Shown: piece after piece, positions 1 through 10,176 of the stretch
How the letters are laid out: every line of letters begins with the position of its first letter
Numbering within the stretch: position 1 is the stretch's first letter
Source of the DNA: Meiothermus sp.
Lineage (GTDB): Bacteria; Deinococcota; Deinococci; Deinococcales; Thermaceae
Assembly: GCA_033762915.1 (NCBI GenBank)
Contig: JANRLD010000076.1
Location: 1-44,741 of the forward strand
Length of the DNA: 44,741 nt
Reading direction: 5' to 3'
Notes under the pieces: generated by a model
Databases searched by the model: none
Told to the model about the DNA's origin: nothing
The model's input: the letters and a program-made list of their open reading frames with translations, nothing else
Translations under genes and position numbers: made by a program

Positions 1-645
1 GTTCTTGAGCTCGCCCATGAGGTCTTCGATGCTCTGGGTGGAGATGGGGTCGAGGGCGGAGGTGGGCTCGTCCATGAGGAGGACCTCGGGCTGTACGGCG
101 AGAGCGCGGGCGATGCATAGTCGCTGCTGCTGTCCGCCGGAGAGGCTCATGCCTGGTGCCCTGAGCCGGTCCTTGACCTCGTCCCAGAGAGCGGCCTGGG
201 TGAGGGAGCGCTCGGCGGCCTCGTCGAGCAGGTCCTTGCGCCTGACGCCCATGAGCTTGAGGCCGGCGACGACGTTGTCGTAGATGGTGATGGTGGGGAA
301 GGGGTTGGGCTTCTGGAAGACCATGCCGACCTTACGGCGGACCTCGACGGGGTCAACGCCAGGGGCGTAGATGTCGCTGCCGTCGAGCAGGGCTTGGCCC
401 TCGATGCGGGCGATCGGGGTAAGGTCGTGCATGCGGTTGAGTGCGCGGAGGAAGGTGGTCTTGCCGCAGCCGGAGGGGCCGATGAGAGCGGTGACCTTGT
501 TGGCGTAGACGGGCATGGAGACGTTGCCCACCCCCACCTTCTTGCCGTAGTAGACCGTCAGGCCCCTGGCCTCCATCCTCGCGCGCAGCTCCGGCGCCAG
601 TGTCATGACGGTCTGCCCGTCGGTTTTGGTCTGCAAATTCATCAT
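1..645 (-). CDS. pstB: Phosphate ABC transporter ATP-binding protein (3' end outside window)
   Basis: Minus-strand translation gives [24 protein letters not shown]...[12 protein letters not shown]...[14 protein letters not shown]...[12 protein letters not shown]; start overlaps the pstA stop (ATGA). Confidence 0.95.
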   Translation of the reverse strand, partial: MMNLQTKTDGQTVMTLAPELRARMEARGLTVYYGKKVGVGNVSMPVYANKVTALIGPSGCGKTTFLRALNRMHDLTPIARIEGQALLDGSDIYAPGVDPVEVRRKVGMVFQKPNPFPTITIYDNVVAGLKLMGVRRKDLLDEAAERSLTQAALWDEVKDRLRAPGMSLSGGQQQRLCIARALAVQPEVLLMDEPTSALDPISTQSIEDLMGELKN

Positions 646-1514
646 GCTCTCCTCGTCGCCCAGCGGGCCAGCAGACTGGCGATCAGCACCAGCACGGTCA
701 GCACCAGCGCCGCAGCCCAAGCCTGATCCTGGCGCAGGGGCGAGGGCTCGTTGGCGTACTTGTAGATCGAGAGGGCCAGGCTCTCGGTCTGCTGGCTTAG
801 GTTCCAGTTCAGCAGTTGCGAGCCGCCCGCCGTGAAGTACAGCGGCGCGGCCTCGCCGGCGGCCCGGGCGAACCCCAGCATCAGGCCGGTGGTGATGCCG
901 GCGGCAGCGGCCGGGAGTACCAGCGAGAGGATCACCCGCCAGCGGGGCAGGCCCAGGGCCAGGCCGGCCTCGCGCACGCTCCAGGGCACCAGCTTCAGCA
1001 CACCCTCGGTGGCGCGCAGGATGATGGGGGTCATCACCAAGGCCAGGGCCAGGGCGCCTGCGTAGCCCGAGAACTGGCCCGTAGGAATCACCACCACGGC
1101 GTAGATCACCAGGCCCTTGAGCAGCGCGGGCAGGCCGTTGAGGAGGTCGGAGATGATGCGGAGGGTGGGGTTGAGGGGGTGGTCGGGGTACTCGGAGAGC
1201 AAGATGCCGCCCGCCAGGCCCAGCAGCCCGCCGATAAGCAGCGCCAGCAGGTTCATCATCAGCGTGCCCACGATGGCGTGGAACAGACCGCCGCCCCCCT
1301 CGTCGACCGGGCGGAAGTCCTGGGTCAGGAAGGCCACGCTGAGGGCGCTCGCCCCGTTGACGAAGACCGCGCCCAGCACCAGGATCAGCGGCAAAACGAC
1401 CACCGCCGAGCCCAGTATCAGCAGTCCGACCATGACATTGTTCCACCGCCTGCGACGGGCCAGGTTACCGTCCTTGGGAAGGGCGGGGGGTGTGCCAGTG
1501 CCGCTGCCGGTCAT
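642..1514 (-). CDS. pstA: Phosphate ABC transporter permease
   Basis: Hydrophobic ORF with REAGLALG...[10 protein letters not shown] motif; ATG at 1514 overlaps the pstC stop. Confidence 0.93.
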   Translation of the reverse strand: MTGSGTGTPPALPKDGNLARRRRWNNVMVGLLILGSAVVVLPLILVLGAVFVNGASALSVAFLTQDFRPVDEGGGGLFHAIVGTLMMNLLALLIGGLLGLAGGILLSEYPDHPLNPTLRIISDLLNGLPALLKGLVIYAVVVIPTGQFSGYAGALALALVMTPIILRATEGVLKLVPWSVREAGLALGLPRWRVILSLVLPAAAAGITTGLMLGFARAAGEAAPLYFTAGGSQLLNWNLSQQTESLALSIYKYANEPSPLRQDQAWAAALVLTVLVLIASLLARWATRRA

Positions 1515-2479
1515 AGTCTGCCCTCCACGCTCATGCGCTTTACGATCCAGGCCGCCAGCAGGTTCATCAGTCCGCTGATCACGAAGAGGATCAGCCCCAG
1601 CGCCAGCAGCGCGCTCAGCTGTAAGCCCTGGGCCTCGCCGAACTCGTTGACAATGGCCGAGGGAATAGTGGTTGCGGAGCCGAACAGGGTGAAGGGCAGG
1701 TTCTTGGAGTTGCCGATCACCATCACCACCGCCATGGTCTCGCCCAGGGCGCGGGTGAAGCCCAGGATGATTCCCGCCAGGATGCCGCCCCTGGCGTAGG
1801 GCAGTACTGCGTTCTTGATCACTTCCCACTTGGTCGCGCCGAGCGCATACGATGCCTCGCGCTGTGCCGAAGGAACCAAAGCGATGGAGTCTTTGGCGAG
1901 GCTGGCCGCGTAGGGGATCACCATCACCGAGAGCACGATCACCGCTGTGGTCATCCCGATCCCCACCGGCGCACCCAGGATGGGCGGGAGCCAGTCAATC
2001 TGGTTCTCCAGGGCCCAGACCATGACGTTCTGCTGTACGCCGCGCACCGCCGGGGCCAGTACCAACAGGCCCCACAGGCCGTAGATCACGCTGGGCAGGG
2101 AGGCCAGTAGCTCGAGCGAATACTGCAGAGCCTGCCCCAGCCATCGCGGCGCATACTCGACGGCAAAGATCGCCACCGCCAGGGCCGGGAAGAAGGCCAG
2201 CACCAGGGCTGCGACGCTGGTCACGAAGGTGCCGACGATGAACGGCCAGGCCCCGAAGATGTTGGCCACCGGGTCCCATGTGGTGCCGCCGACGAAGCCC
2301 AACAGCCCGAAGCGGGCCCAGGCCGCGCTGCCGCCTGCGGCGAGCTGCCAGCCCATCAGTACCACGATGCCGATGATCACGGCGCACAGTGCGATCACCG
2401 CGTATACGAACAGCCGGTCCCCGAAGGCCCGGTAGAGCGGGCTCGGAGCGGCGGGGACGGGGGGAGTTTGTGCCGCCAT
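1511..2479 (-). CDS. pstC: Phosphate ABC transporter permease
   Basis: ELLASLPSVIYGLWG and REASYALGATKWE...RALGETMAV motifs. Confidence 0.95.
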   Translation of the reverse strand: MAAQTPPVPAAPSPLYRAFGDRLFVYAVIALCAVIIGIVVLMGWQLAAGGSAAWARFGLLGFVGGTTWDPVANIFGAWPFIVGTFVTSVAALVLAFFPALAVAIFAVEYAPRWLGQALQYSLELLASLPSVIYGLWGLLVLAPAVRGVQQNVMVWALENQIDWLPPILGAPVGIGMTTAVIVLSVMVIPYAASLAKDSIALVPSAQREASYALGATKWEVIKNAVLPYARGGILAGIILGFTRALGETMAVVMVIGNSKNLPFTLFGSATTIPSAIVNEFGEAQGLQLSALLALGLILFVISGLMNLLAAWIVKRMSVEGRL

Positions 2480-2572
2480 AAGTTCCTTGGTCGAGAGTCA
2501 AACGTCGAGTGTAGAGAGTCGGGAGTCGGGAGCGCTTCTGGTTTGGTTCTGCCTTTTCTTCAACAAAACGTT

Positions 2573-3628
2573 CTATCGGATCGGCTGGCCCTTGTAGGTC
2601 ATGCCCTCCACCAGCTCCCTGGCCCGCCGCACCACCTGAGCCGGGAGCGGAACGTACCGGGCCTTGAGGTTGAGGGCCTGCCCCTCGGTGAGCACCCAGC
2701 GCAGGTACTGCTGGATCGCCCTGGCCTGATCGACGCTGCGGGCGGTGACGCTCTGCTCGCGGTAGACCAGCATCCAGGTCATGCCCACGATGGGGTAGCC
2801 CTGGGGGTCGGTGGTGTTGACCACCTGGCTCTTGAGGCGGAGGTCGGCGGGGATGGAGGTTCCGGCGATCGAGCGGGTGGCGGACTCGAGGCTGGGCCTG
2901 ACCCAGTTGCCCGAGCGGTTTTGGAGGGTGGCGAAGGTTAGATTGTTCTCGAGGGCGAACTTCAGTTCCACGTACCCAATCGCCCCCGGCGTCTGGCTGA
3001 CCAGCGCGGCGACGCCCGCGTTCCCGCGCCCACCCAGGCTCAGGAGCGAGGGCCACTTGACCGACTGCCCCGCCCCCACCTGCTCCTTCCACTCCGGCGA
3101 GACCGCGGCAAGGTAGCTTGTGAAGATAAACGTAGTGCCCGAGCCGTCCGAGCGGTTGGCGGCGGAGACGATGCGCCTCGAGAAGTCCCTTCCGGGGTTG
3201 ATCGCCGTAATTTTGGGGTCGTTCCAGCGCAGAATCTTGCCCAGGTAGATGTCGGCCAGCACCTGAGGGCTCAGGCGGAGTTCGTCCACGCCCGGCAGGT
3301 TGTAGATGATCGCCACCGGCCCCATCGCCGCCGGGATGTGCAACACCTCCGAGCCCGCTTTCTCGCGGATCTCGGCCAGCCGGTCGTCGGAGAGGGGGGC
3401 GTCGGTCGCCCCGAAGTGTACCACCCTGTCCCCTAGCTGGCGGATGCCCGCGCCGGAGCCCACGGCCTGATAGTTGATACGGGTGCCAGGGTTGGCCCGC
3501 TGGAAGGCGGGGATGAAATATTCGGTGTACAGGGGGGCAGGGAACGTCGCTCCAGCGCCTGATAGGGTCACTTGTGCTATGCCCAGACCAGCAAGCAGCA
3601 GGGTTGCCACGGTTAGGGTTCGCTTCAT
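2573..3628 (-). CDS. pstS: Phosphate ABC transporter substrate-binding protein
   Basis: Signal peptide; GAGATFPAPLY, GSGAGI, RSDGSGTT motifs. Confidence 0.95.
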   Translation of the reverse strand: MKRTLTVATLLLAGLGIAQVTLSGAGATFPAPLYTEYFIPAFQRANPGTRINYQAVGSGAGIRQLGDRVVHFGATDAPLSDDRLAEIREKAGSEVLHIPAAMGPVAIIYNLPGVDELRLSPQVLADIYLGKILRWNDPKITAINPGRDFSRRIVSAANRSDGSGTTFIFTSYLAAVSPEWKEQVGAGQSVKWPSLLSLGGRGNAGVAALVSQTPGAIGYVELKFALENNLTFATLQNRSGNWVRPSLESATRSIAGTSIPADLRLKSQVVNTTDPQGYPIVGMTWMLVYREQSVTARSVDQARAIQQYLRWVLTEGQALNLKARYVPLPAQVVRRARELVEGMTYKGQPIR

Positions 3629-3672
3629 GGGGTTCCTCGAGCCGCCCCTTAGGCGGTCGGCGCCTAGGAGTT

Positions 3673-3699
3673 TGTCAGGATTATGTCATAGGATTGTCA
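3673..3699. promoter_or_regulatory. Pho-box-like triple direct repeat
   Basis: TGTCA at 3673, 3684 and 3695 (11-bp period) upstream of pstS. Confidence 0.7.
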
Positions 3700-3868
3700 G
3701 GCCTACCCACTACCCTCCCCACGCAACCCCGGCGCGGGGGCTGCCATTAGCGCACCAAGGCCCGCCCTGCCCCTTGCGCAAGGCGCCGTGTCATGCCCAC
3801 GGCGGGTAGCTCTGTCGGCACCCTGATGCCAGGGGCGTGCCCGACAGGCGCTCGATCCTCGAGGCGGT

Positions 3869-4606
3869 CTACGGCGATGCATCTCCCGCCCACGCCTCGA
3901 AGGCCATCACCGCCGAGTCCGCCGTGAAGGGTTCCTTCTGGAAGCCGCCGAACAGGCGGTACTCGAGGCCGAAGCTTCTCAACCAGCGCTCGACCTCGTA
4001 GCGGGTGTAGTAGCGCTGGGTCAGGGTGGGGGTGGTGCGCCGAACCGCGCCGCCCCGGGTGAGCTGATCCACCTGGTAGTTGGTGATGAGCATCTGGGCC
4101 GAGGGATGGTGCTCTTGGTAGAGGAACACCGTGTACCCCTCCTCGTAGGCCCCCTCGAACTTCATCACCCCCTCGGGGCCAATGTGGGCGGGGTTGTAAA
4201 GGTCGAAGGCCAGCCGTCCGCCCTCGGCCAGGTGCCGCACCACGCCCGCCAGCGTCGCGTCTTGCTCCTCGAGCGAGTACAGGTGCATCAACGCGTTGAA
4301 GGGAACGATGATCAGGGGAAACTTGCGCCCCAGCTCGAGCAGCCGCATGTCTCCCTCGAGCCACTGCACCTTCAGCCCCTTGGTGTGCTGCCTGCCGAAC
4401 TTCCGCATCTCGGCGGAGGGCTCGAGCGCCACCACCTCGAGGCCCCGCTGGGCGATGGCCCGGCTCACCCGCCCGGTTCCCGCCCCCAGCTCGAGCACCG
4501 GCCCGCCGTAGTCCTGGGCCAGCCGGGTGTAAAACCCCAGGTCGTCGGCATAGCGCTGGTATTGCAGCACGTAGAGCGGGGTGATCTCGTCGTAGTCCAC
4601 GCTCAT
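3869..4606 (-). CDS. Class I SAM-dependent methyltransferase
   Basis: VLELGAGTGR motif I; GDMR. Confidence 0.88.
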   Translation of the reverse strand: MSVDYDEITPLYVLQYQRYADDLGFYTRLAQDYGGPVLELGAGTGRVSRAIAQRGLEVVALEPSAEMRKFGRQHTKGLKVQWLEGDMRLLELGRKFPLIIVPFNALMHLYSLEEQDATLAGVVRHLAEGGRLAFDLYNPAHIGPEGVMKFEGAYEEGYTVFLYQEHHPSAQMLITNYQVDQLTRGGAVRRTTPTLTQRYYTRYEVERWLRSFGLEYRLFGGFQKEPFTADSAVMAFEAWAGDASP

Positions 4607-4722
4607 GATGATAGCCGTCGAACGACGTACTTCAAATGTCGTCCGTAGGTCGCCGAATATCACACACCTTGGCCTCCGGCTCGGTCAGGCCCCACGGACG
4701 CTGCGGGGAACTTCGGGTGCAC

Positions 4723-4754
4723 AAAAAAAAGCCCCCGCGCATCCGGGGGCTTTT
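4723..4754. terminator. Intrinsic terminator (bidirectional shape)
   Basis: A8-GCCCCCG...CGGGGGC-TTTT. Confidence 0.75.
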
Positions 4755-4910
4755 CGGTTCTGTCTTTGGCGTACGACGTAGGTCGTGAGACCCAAGTAAG
4801 TTGCGCCCGCGTGGGGTCTACAGACCGACCCCGTCTCTCGCGCCGGCTGCGGTCGCAATACCGGACGGATCTGTGGTCCGTGGGCCGTGTAGAACCTGGA
4901 CGGCAGGTGT

Positions 4911-5447
4911 TTAGTCCGCGCTCATCTGGAGCTGGACGCCGGCCGAGGCCAGACGCGCAACCCGCCTCCCGGTGATGCGCTCGACCGCCTCGGGGAGCAG
5001 GGGGAGGATCACCTCGAGGGAGTCTCGAGCACCCTGGGGGCCGCCGGGGAGGTTGATTAGGAGGGTCTTGCCGCGCACGCCCGCGACACCCCTGGAGAGG
5101 GCCGCCAGGGGATTTTTCTTGTAGGCCTCGATGCGGATCAGCTCGGCGATGCCGGGAGCCTCCTTCTCGATCATGTCCTTGGTGGCCTCGGGCACGTGGT
5201 CGCGGCAGGAGATGCGGATGCTGCCGTTGGTCAGCAGCAAGTCCAGCCCGTCCCGATCTGTCCACAGCCGCAGCAGGCGCTTGATCTGGGCCGGCTCGTC
5301 GGGGATGATCTCGTAATTGCAGATTTCGTAGGGGCCGAAGGAGAGCATCTCGCGCATAACGGCGTACGTGCGATCCTCGACTTCGCCACGGGCTTCCCGG
5401 TCGGAGATGGTGATGATACCCACTCGGATCATTTTTGGTTCCTCCAC
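4911..5447 (-). CDS. MogA/MoaB family molybdenum cofactor biosynthesis protein
   Basis: IITISDR, RDHVPEAT, LSRGVAG, INLPG motifs; the usual TGGTG is replaced by NGSIR. Confidence 0.8.
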   Translation of the reverse strand: MEEPKMIRVGIITISDREARGEVEDRTYAVMREMLSFGPYEICNYEIIPDEPAQIKRLLRLWTDRDGLDLLLTNGSIRISCRDHVPEATKDMIEKEAPGIAELIRIEAYKKNPLAALSRGVAGVRGKTLLINLPGGPQGARDSLEVILPLLPEAVERITGRRVARLASAGVQLQMSAD

Positions 5448-5580
5448 AACGCGATAGACGACTGAACCACAGGGTGTTGTTGGGCCGGACTTGCGCCCGG
5501 CTTTCTCCCTCCGGTCGCTCGAGCCGTACCGAAGGGAAGTACCTACAGTTTAGGAAGCTTTCATAGTAGGGTTTGTTTAT

Positions 5581-6159
5581 ATGTGGCATGAGAGCGTTAC
5601 ATTGAGGGGGCAGTTTATAGAGCTCCGGCCGCTGGGTCTGGGTCACGCCGCCGAGATGCTCGAGCACTTCGATGCCGAGATGGTGCAGTACATGACCAAC
5701 GCGCCCCGCGAGGCTACTCTGGGTGCCATGCAGCGCTATATCCAGAGCCTCCTGAACGCCCCCGACCGGGTCAACTGGGCCATCCTCGATTTGCACAGCG
5801 GCAGGCTGGCGGGCCGCACCGGCTACGTACGGGTCAACCCCGACTACCGCTCGGTCGAGACCACCACCTGGATTTTTCCGCCGTTCCAGGGCGGCCACGC
5901 CAACCCCGAGAGCAAGTACCTGCTGATCCGCCACGCCTTCGAGACCCTGGGGGCGGTGCGGGTGCAGTTCCGCGCCGACGCCCGCAACGCCCGCAGTTGC
6001 AAAGCCATCGAAAAGCTGGGGGCCAGGCAGGAGGGCGTGCTGCGCAAAGACCAGATCTACCCCAACGGCGTGGTGCGCGACACCGCCGTTTTCTCCATCA
6101 TCGACGACGAGTGGAAGGCGGTGAAGGAGGGGCTCGAGGGGCGGCTGTACGGCGGATAG
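5581..6159 (+). CDS. GNAT family N-acetyltransferase (RimJ/RimL-like)
   Basis: HAFETLGAVRVQF...NARSCKAIEKLGARQEGVLRK...RDTAVFSI. Confidence 0.88.
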   Translation: MWHESVTLRGQFIELRPLGLGHAAEMLEHFDAEMVQYMTNAPREATLGAMQRYIQSLLNAPDRVNWAILDLHSGRLAGRTGYVRVNPDYRSVETTTWIFPPFQGGHANPESKYLLIRHAFETLGAVRVQFRADARNARSCKAIEKLGARQEGVLRKDQIYPNGVVRDTAVFSIIDDEWKAVKEGLEGRLYGG

Positions 6160-6364
6160 GGGGTGGACTTTGGCCACCCCTGAAGTGGCGACCACTGCGC
6201 ACGGCCTCCTGCGCGAGGGGGTTCGAGAACTGGCCTTAAGCCCGCAGCTCGAGGGCGCTTGTACCCTGGGTGTAGGTGCGAAACAATTCCCAGATACCCC
6301 GCCCAGGGCCATGCGCTAAACTGAGGCTCGAGCAGCACCGCTTGGACAATTCCGCCCGACATTT

Positions 6365-7522
6365 ATGGACACCTCCGCCATTCCCATCTTCGACCACCAC
6401 GCCCACCCGATCTACCTCGAGCGGCCCTGGCGCGAGGAGCCGCTCGAGCGCTACTTCAACCTCAGCCACGATCCCATGCTGCTGCGCAGCTTCGGGCGTG
6501 ACAACCTCTACTTCCGCCGCAGCCTGCGCGACCTGGCCGAGTTCTACGGCTGCGAGCCCCGGCTGGAGGCGGTGCTCGAGGCCCGCCAGGCGCCCGACTA
6601 CCTCGAGCTGTGCCGCTGGCTGTTCGCCGAGGCCAACCTGACCCACTGGCTGGTCGACGATGGGCTGGAGGGGGACGGCCTGTGGACGGTGGAGGCCTGC
6701 GGCGAGCACCTGCCCCCCGTCGCCCGCCGGCTGCTGCGTCTCGAGAGCGAGTTCGCCAAGCTCATCCCCAAGCACGACACCGCCACCAAACTGCTGGCTG
6801 CCTTCGACCACCACCTGCGCCGCGCCGCCCCCGGTGTGGCGGGCTTCAAGAGCGTGGTGGCGGGACGTAGCGGCCTCGAGATCGCCCGCCACAACCTGGT
6901 CGAGATCGAGCGGGCTTACAGCGAGCTGCGGCGCAGCACCCAGCTCGAGCAGAGCCCGCTCATCCGCAGCAAGCCCCTACTCGACGCGATGCTGTGGCAG
7001 GCCCTGCGGGTGGCCCAGGACAACGGCAAGGTGGTGCAGTTCCAGGCCGGGCTGGGCGGCCCCGACCTCGACCTACGCCTGGCCAACCCCCTGCACCTGC
7101 GCGGCGTCCTCGAGGCCCCCGACCTCAGGGGCGTGAAGATCGTGCTGCTGCACAGCTACCCCTTCGGTCGCGAGGCCGGCTACTTGGCCAGCCTCTACCC
7201 CAATGTCTACCTCGACGTGGGCCTGGGCATCCCCCGCGCCAGTACGGCGGGCATGCAGGCCACCCTCGAGGAGGCCCTGCACTTGGCCCCGGTCGGCAAA
7301 ATCCTTTTCTCCACCGGTGGCGCCTACACCCCCGAGGTCTTCTGGCTGGCCGCCCGCTGGGGCCGCCGCGCCCTGAGGAAGGTGCTCGAGCAGACCGTGC
7401 ACGACGGCGACCTCACCAAGGCTGAGGCCGAGTGGGCCGCGCTTCGCATCCTCCACGACAACGCCGCCGACCTCTACGGGCGCGGGGCCAATCCACCCAC
7501 CGAAACGGCGGTCGAGGTCTGA
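6365..7522 (+). CDS. Amidohydrolase family protein
   Basis: DHHAH metal motif, LANPLHL, IVLLHSYPF, YPNVYLD. Confidence 0.85.
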   Translation: MDTSAIPIFDHHAHPIYLERPWREEPLERYFNLSHDPMLLRSFGRDNLYFRRSLRDLAEFYGCEPRLEAVLEARQAPDYLELCRWLFAEANLTHWLVDDGLEGDGLWTVEACGEHLPPVARRLLRLESEFAKLIPKHDTATKLLAAFDHHLRRAAPGVAGFKSVVAGRSGLEIARHNLVEIERAYSELRRSTQLEQSPLIRSKPLLDAMLWQALRVAQDNGKVVQFQAGLGGPDLDLRLANPLHLRGVLEAPDLRGVKIVLLHSYPFGREAGYLASLYPNVYLDVGLGIPRASTAGMQATLEEALHLAPVGKILFSTGGAYTPEVFWLAARWGRRALRKVLEQTVHDGDLTKAEAEWAALRILHDNAADLYGRGANPPTETAVEV

Positions 7523-7580
7523 TCGCGGTTTCCACCCTTACGGCTCACGCGGTAAGGCGCTAAAGCGGGCGCTAAAGCGG
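7522..7580 (+). repeat. Dispersed repeat, copy 1
   Basis: ATCGCGGTTTCCACCC at 7522, then 2x GCGCTAAAGCGG from 7557; same layout at 15927. Confidence 0.7.
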
Positions 7581-7845
7581 GCGTAATGTACCCCGTACAG
7601 CCGAGTCTCTGGGTGCGGGGCATTCGTTAGAACCGCTGTCAGCACGGGCCCTTGGGGCCGGAATCCGCTCCCCGCCGTGTCTGTCGAGTTGGCCCTGCCG
7701 GCATAGTTGTTTTGCGCCACCCTCGTCGCAACGCCTGCGGCGAGCGGTCTGCGTGCAGTGGAAGAGGTTGGCTGGGCTTGCAAGGTCATCCCAGCAGGCT
7801 ACCTTGAGGGCGGGTGCTTGGCCTCCATTGACCCCTAATTCCCGG

Positions 7846-8724
7846 CTATTCGCCCAGGGCCTCTCGAGTCGGCAGCCCGGTCTGGCTGCCCCAGTGGGCC
7901 ACCACCATGCTCGCGACCTTGGCCCCGAGGCGGGCGCAGCTCTCGAGGGTGTCGCCCCGCAGCAGGCCGTGAAGAAACCCTGCCGTGTAGGCGTCTCCCG
8001 CGCCCGTGGTGTCCACCACTGCGGCAGGGACGGCGGGAACTGGGGTGCGCCCGGCTCGAGTCAGGACCTCGCTGCCCCGCTCGCCCTGAGTGACCACGAC
8101 CGCGCCGAGCCGCCCCTCGAGAAGGGGCTCAAGGCCGGTCGGCGCCAGGACTGCCTGAAGGTGTTGATACTCCCGCTCGTTGCACAACAGCAGGTCGGTT
8201 CGCCAGACGCAGGAGAGCAGGACCTCCCTCGAGACAGCCTGCGGGTCGAGCTTGAGCTGCCAGACGGTGCGCACCCCTGCCCGCTCGGCCTGGTCAAAAT
8301 AGCTGAGGGTGGCGGCGGGCGGGGCGACGGTCACGAGCAGGTGCGAGATGCCAGTGAAGTCCAGGGTGTGGGCGTGGTCTTCGATGCCTCCGGGGTCGAA
8401 AAAGACCTCGGAGGCCAGGTCGCTGATGAACATGTAGATTTTGGGCACCGAGGCCCCGACCTGGCGGCCGACGCGGCCCGTGTCCACCCCCTCGGCGTTC
8501 AGTCCGGCGATGAATTGGTCGCTGGAGGGGTCGTCGCCCAGTGTGAACTGTACCGCCGCGCGGTGCCCCAGCCGGGCCAGCCCCACCGCGACGTTGCAGG
8601 CGCAGCCCCCTGGGGTGGGGCGGGGCCAGTGGCGGGTGATGTAGCGGGTTTGCTCACGCCCCTGACCTGCGGTCACGGCGGCGATGTGATCTAGGGTGGG
8701 GTAGCCGACACACAGAACCGACAC
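7846..8724 (-). CDS. PfkB family carbohydrate/nucleoside kinase
   Basis: PGGCACNVA and VDTTGAGDAY signatures. Confidence 0.9.
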   Translation of the reverse strand: MSVLCVGYPTLDHIAAVTAGQGREQTRYITRHWPRPTPGGCACNVAVGLARLGHRAAVQFTLGDDPSSDQFIAGLNAEGVDTGRVGRQVGASVPKIYMFISDLASEVFFDPGGIEDHAHTLDFTGISHLLVTVAPPAATLSYFDQAERAGVRTVWQLKLDPQAVSREVLLSCVWRTDLLLCNEREYQHLQAVLAPTGLEPLLEGRLGAVVVTQGERGSEVLTRAGRTPVPAVPAAVVDTTGAGDAYTAGFLHGLLRGDTLESCARLGAKVASMVVAHWGSQTGLPTREALGE

Positions 8725-8730
8725 ACAGCC

Positions 8731-9579
8731 TCACTTCAGGCCCGAGCGGAAGGCCCGCACCGCGTCCATCAAGGCCCGCACCCTCGAGGTTTCGACCGGG
8801 TTCCACCACAGGCCATCGCGCTTGAGGGAGGTTCCCACGATTGCGCCGTCGGCCGCCGCGAGGATCTCGGCGCAGTTGCGCAGGTCGAACCCACTACCCA
8901 CGATCACCGGCAGGCCGTGGCCGCCGCGCAGGTGCCCGACCTCCTCCACAGGGGTGGCCTCGCCGGTACGGGTTCCGGTCGCGATCAGCACGTCGGAGTC
9001 GAACCAGGCTGCGTCCTGGGCCTGCTCGCGGATCGGGCGATCCGCCACGATGGCGTGGCTGCCGTGCTTGACGTGGACGTCGCTGAACACCCTGACGTGC
9101 TCGGCCTTGATGCGGGCGCGGTAGCGCAGCGCGGCGGGGGCCGCCGCCTCGATCAGGCCCGAGTTTCCCACGTAGGCGTTGGCCCACTGGCTGACCCGGA
9201 TGAACCGAGCTCCGGCGGCCTGTGCCACTGCCAGCGCGGGGATGGCCGCGTTGGAGAGCACGTTGATGCCGACAGGGAAGCCCGCGCCGCGCACCACCAT
9301 CTGGGCCACGGCGGTCATCGCGGCCACCGTCTCTGGGCCGATGTCCTGGGGCTTGGCGAAGGGCAGATCGCCCTGGTTTTCCACGATCAGCCCGTCAACT
9401 CCGCCCTCGCGGTAGCGCTCGAGTTCTTCCAGGGCCGCGTCGATGATGCGGCTCAGGGGCTCGCCCTGGTAGCGCGGCGCGCCCGGCAGAGGGGGAAGGT
9501 GCAGCATGCCGATGACCGGCTTGGGCACCCCGAACAGCTCGTTCAGCGCGTTGGGCTTGGGAGGGAAGACGCTCGCCAC
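8731..9579 (-). CDS. BtpA/SgcQ family protein
   Basis: IGMLHLPPLPGAP, VENQGDLPF, GINVL, DVHVKH motifs; GTG start inferred. Confidence 0.9.
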   Translation of the reverse strand: MASVFPPKPNALNELFGVPKPVIGMLHLPPLPGAPRYQGEPLSRIIDAALEELERYREGGVDGLIVENQGDLPFAKPQDIGPETVAAMTAVAQMVVRGAGFPVGINVLSNAAIPALAVAQAAGARFIRVSQWANAYVGNSGLIEAAAPAALRYRARIKAEHVRVFSDVHVKHGSHAIVADRPIREQAQDAAWFDSDVLIATGTRTGEATPVEEVGHLRGGHGLPVIVGSGFDLRNCAEILAAADGAIVGTSLKRDGLWWNPVETSRVRALMDAVRAFRSGLK

Positions 9580-9581
9580 GG

Positions 9582-10160
9582 CTAGCCCCCCCTCGAGGCG
9601 ACTGCCTGGGCCTTGCGGGCGTGAAAGGTGTCGAGCATCTGCAAAAGGATACCAGGGTCGGCGTGCTCGAGCACCAGTTCGCGGTGCTCGGCGCGCAGGA
9701 ACTGATGCTCCAGGGCCTGGTCGAACAGTTGCAGCAGCGGGTCGTAGAAACCCTCGGTGTTCAGCAGGCCGCAGGGCAGATCGTGGATGCGAAGCTGAGA
9801 CCAAGTGAGCATCTCGCAGTACTCCTCGAAGGTGCCAAAGCCTCCGGGGATGGCGATAAACCCGTCGGCCAGTTGGGCCATCAGGGCCTTGCGCTCGTGC
9901 ATGGTCTGAACCACATGCAACTCGCTGAGCCGGGCGTGGGCGATCTCCTTGGCTACTAAGAACTCTGGGATCACCCCGATCACCCGGCCTCCTGCCCCCA
10001 GCACCGCATCGGCAACGATGCCCATAAGCCCGACCGAGGCCCCGCCATATACCAGCTCGAGGTCGCGCTGGGCGATCAGGGTGCCCAGTTGGTGAGCGGC
10101 GCTGCGAAAGCTTTCTTTGGCCCCCGATTTTGAGCCGGAAAAGACGCATACTCGTTTCAA
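9582..10160 (-). CDS. LOG family nucleotide phosphoribohydrolase
   Basis: LVYGG, MHERK, PGGFGTFEE; TTG start after AGGAGA. Confidence 0.92.
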   Translation of the reverse strand: MKRVCVFSGSKSGAKESFRSAAHQLGTLIAQRDLELVYGGASVGLMGIVADAVLGAGGRVIGVIPEFLVAKEIAHARLSELHVVQTMHERKALMAQLADGFIAIPGGFGTFEEYCEMLTWSQLRIHDLPCGLLNTEGFYDPLLQLFDQALEHQFLRAEHRELVLEHADPGILLQMLDTFHARKAQAVASRGG

Positions 10161-10176
10161 AAGGTCTCCTTTTCGG

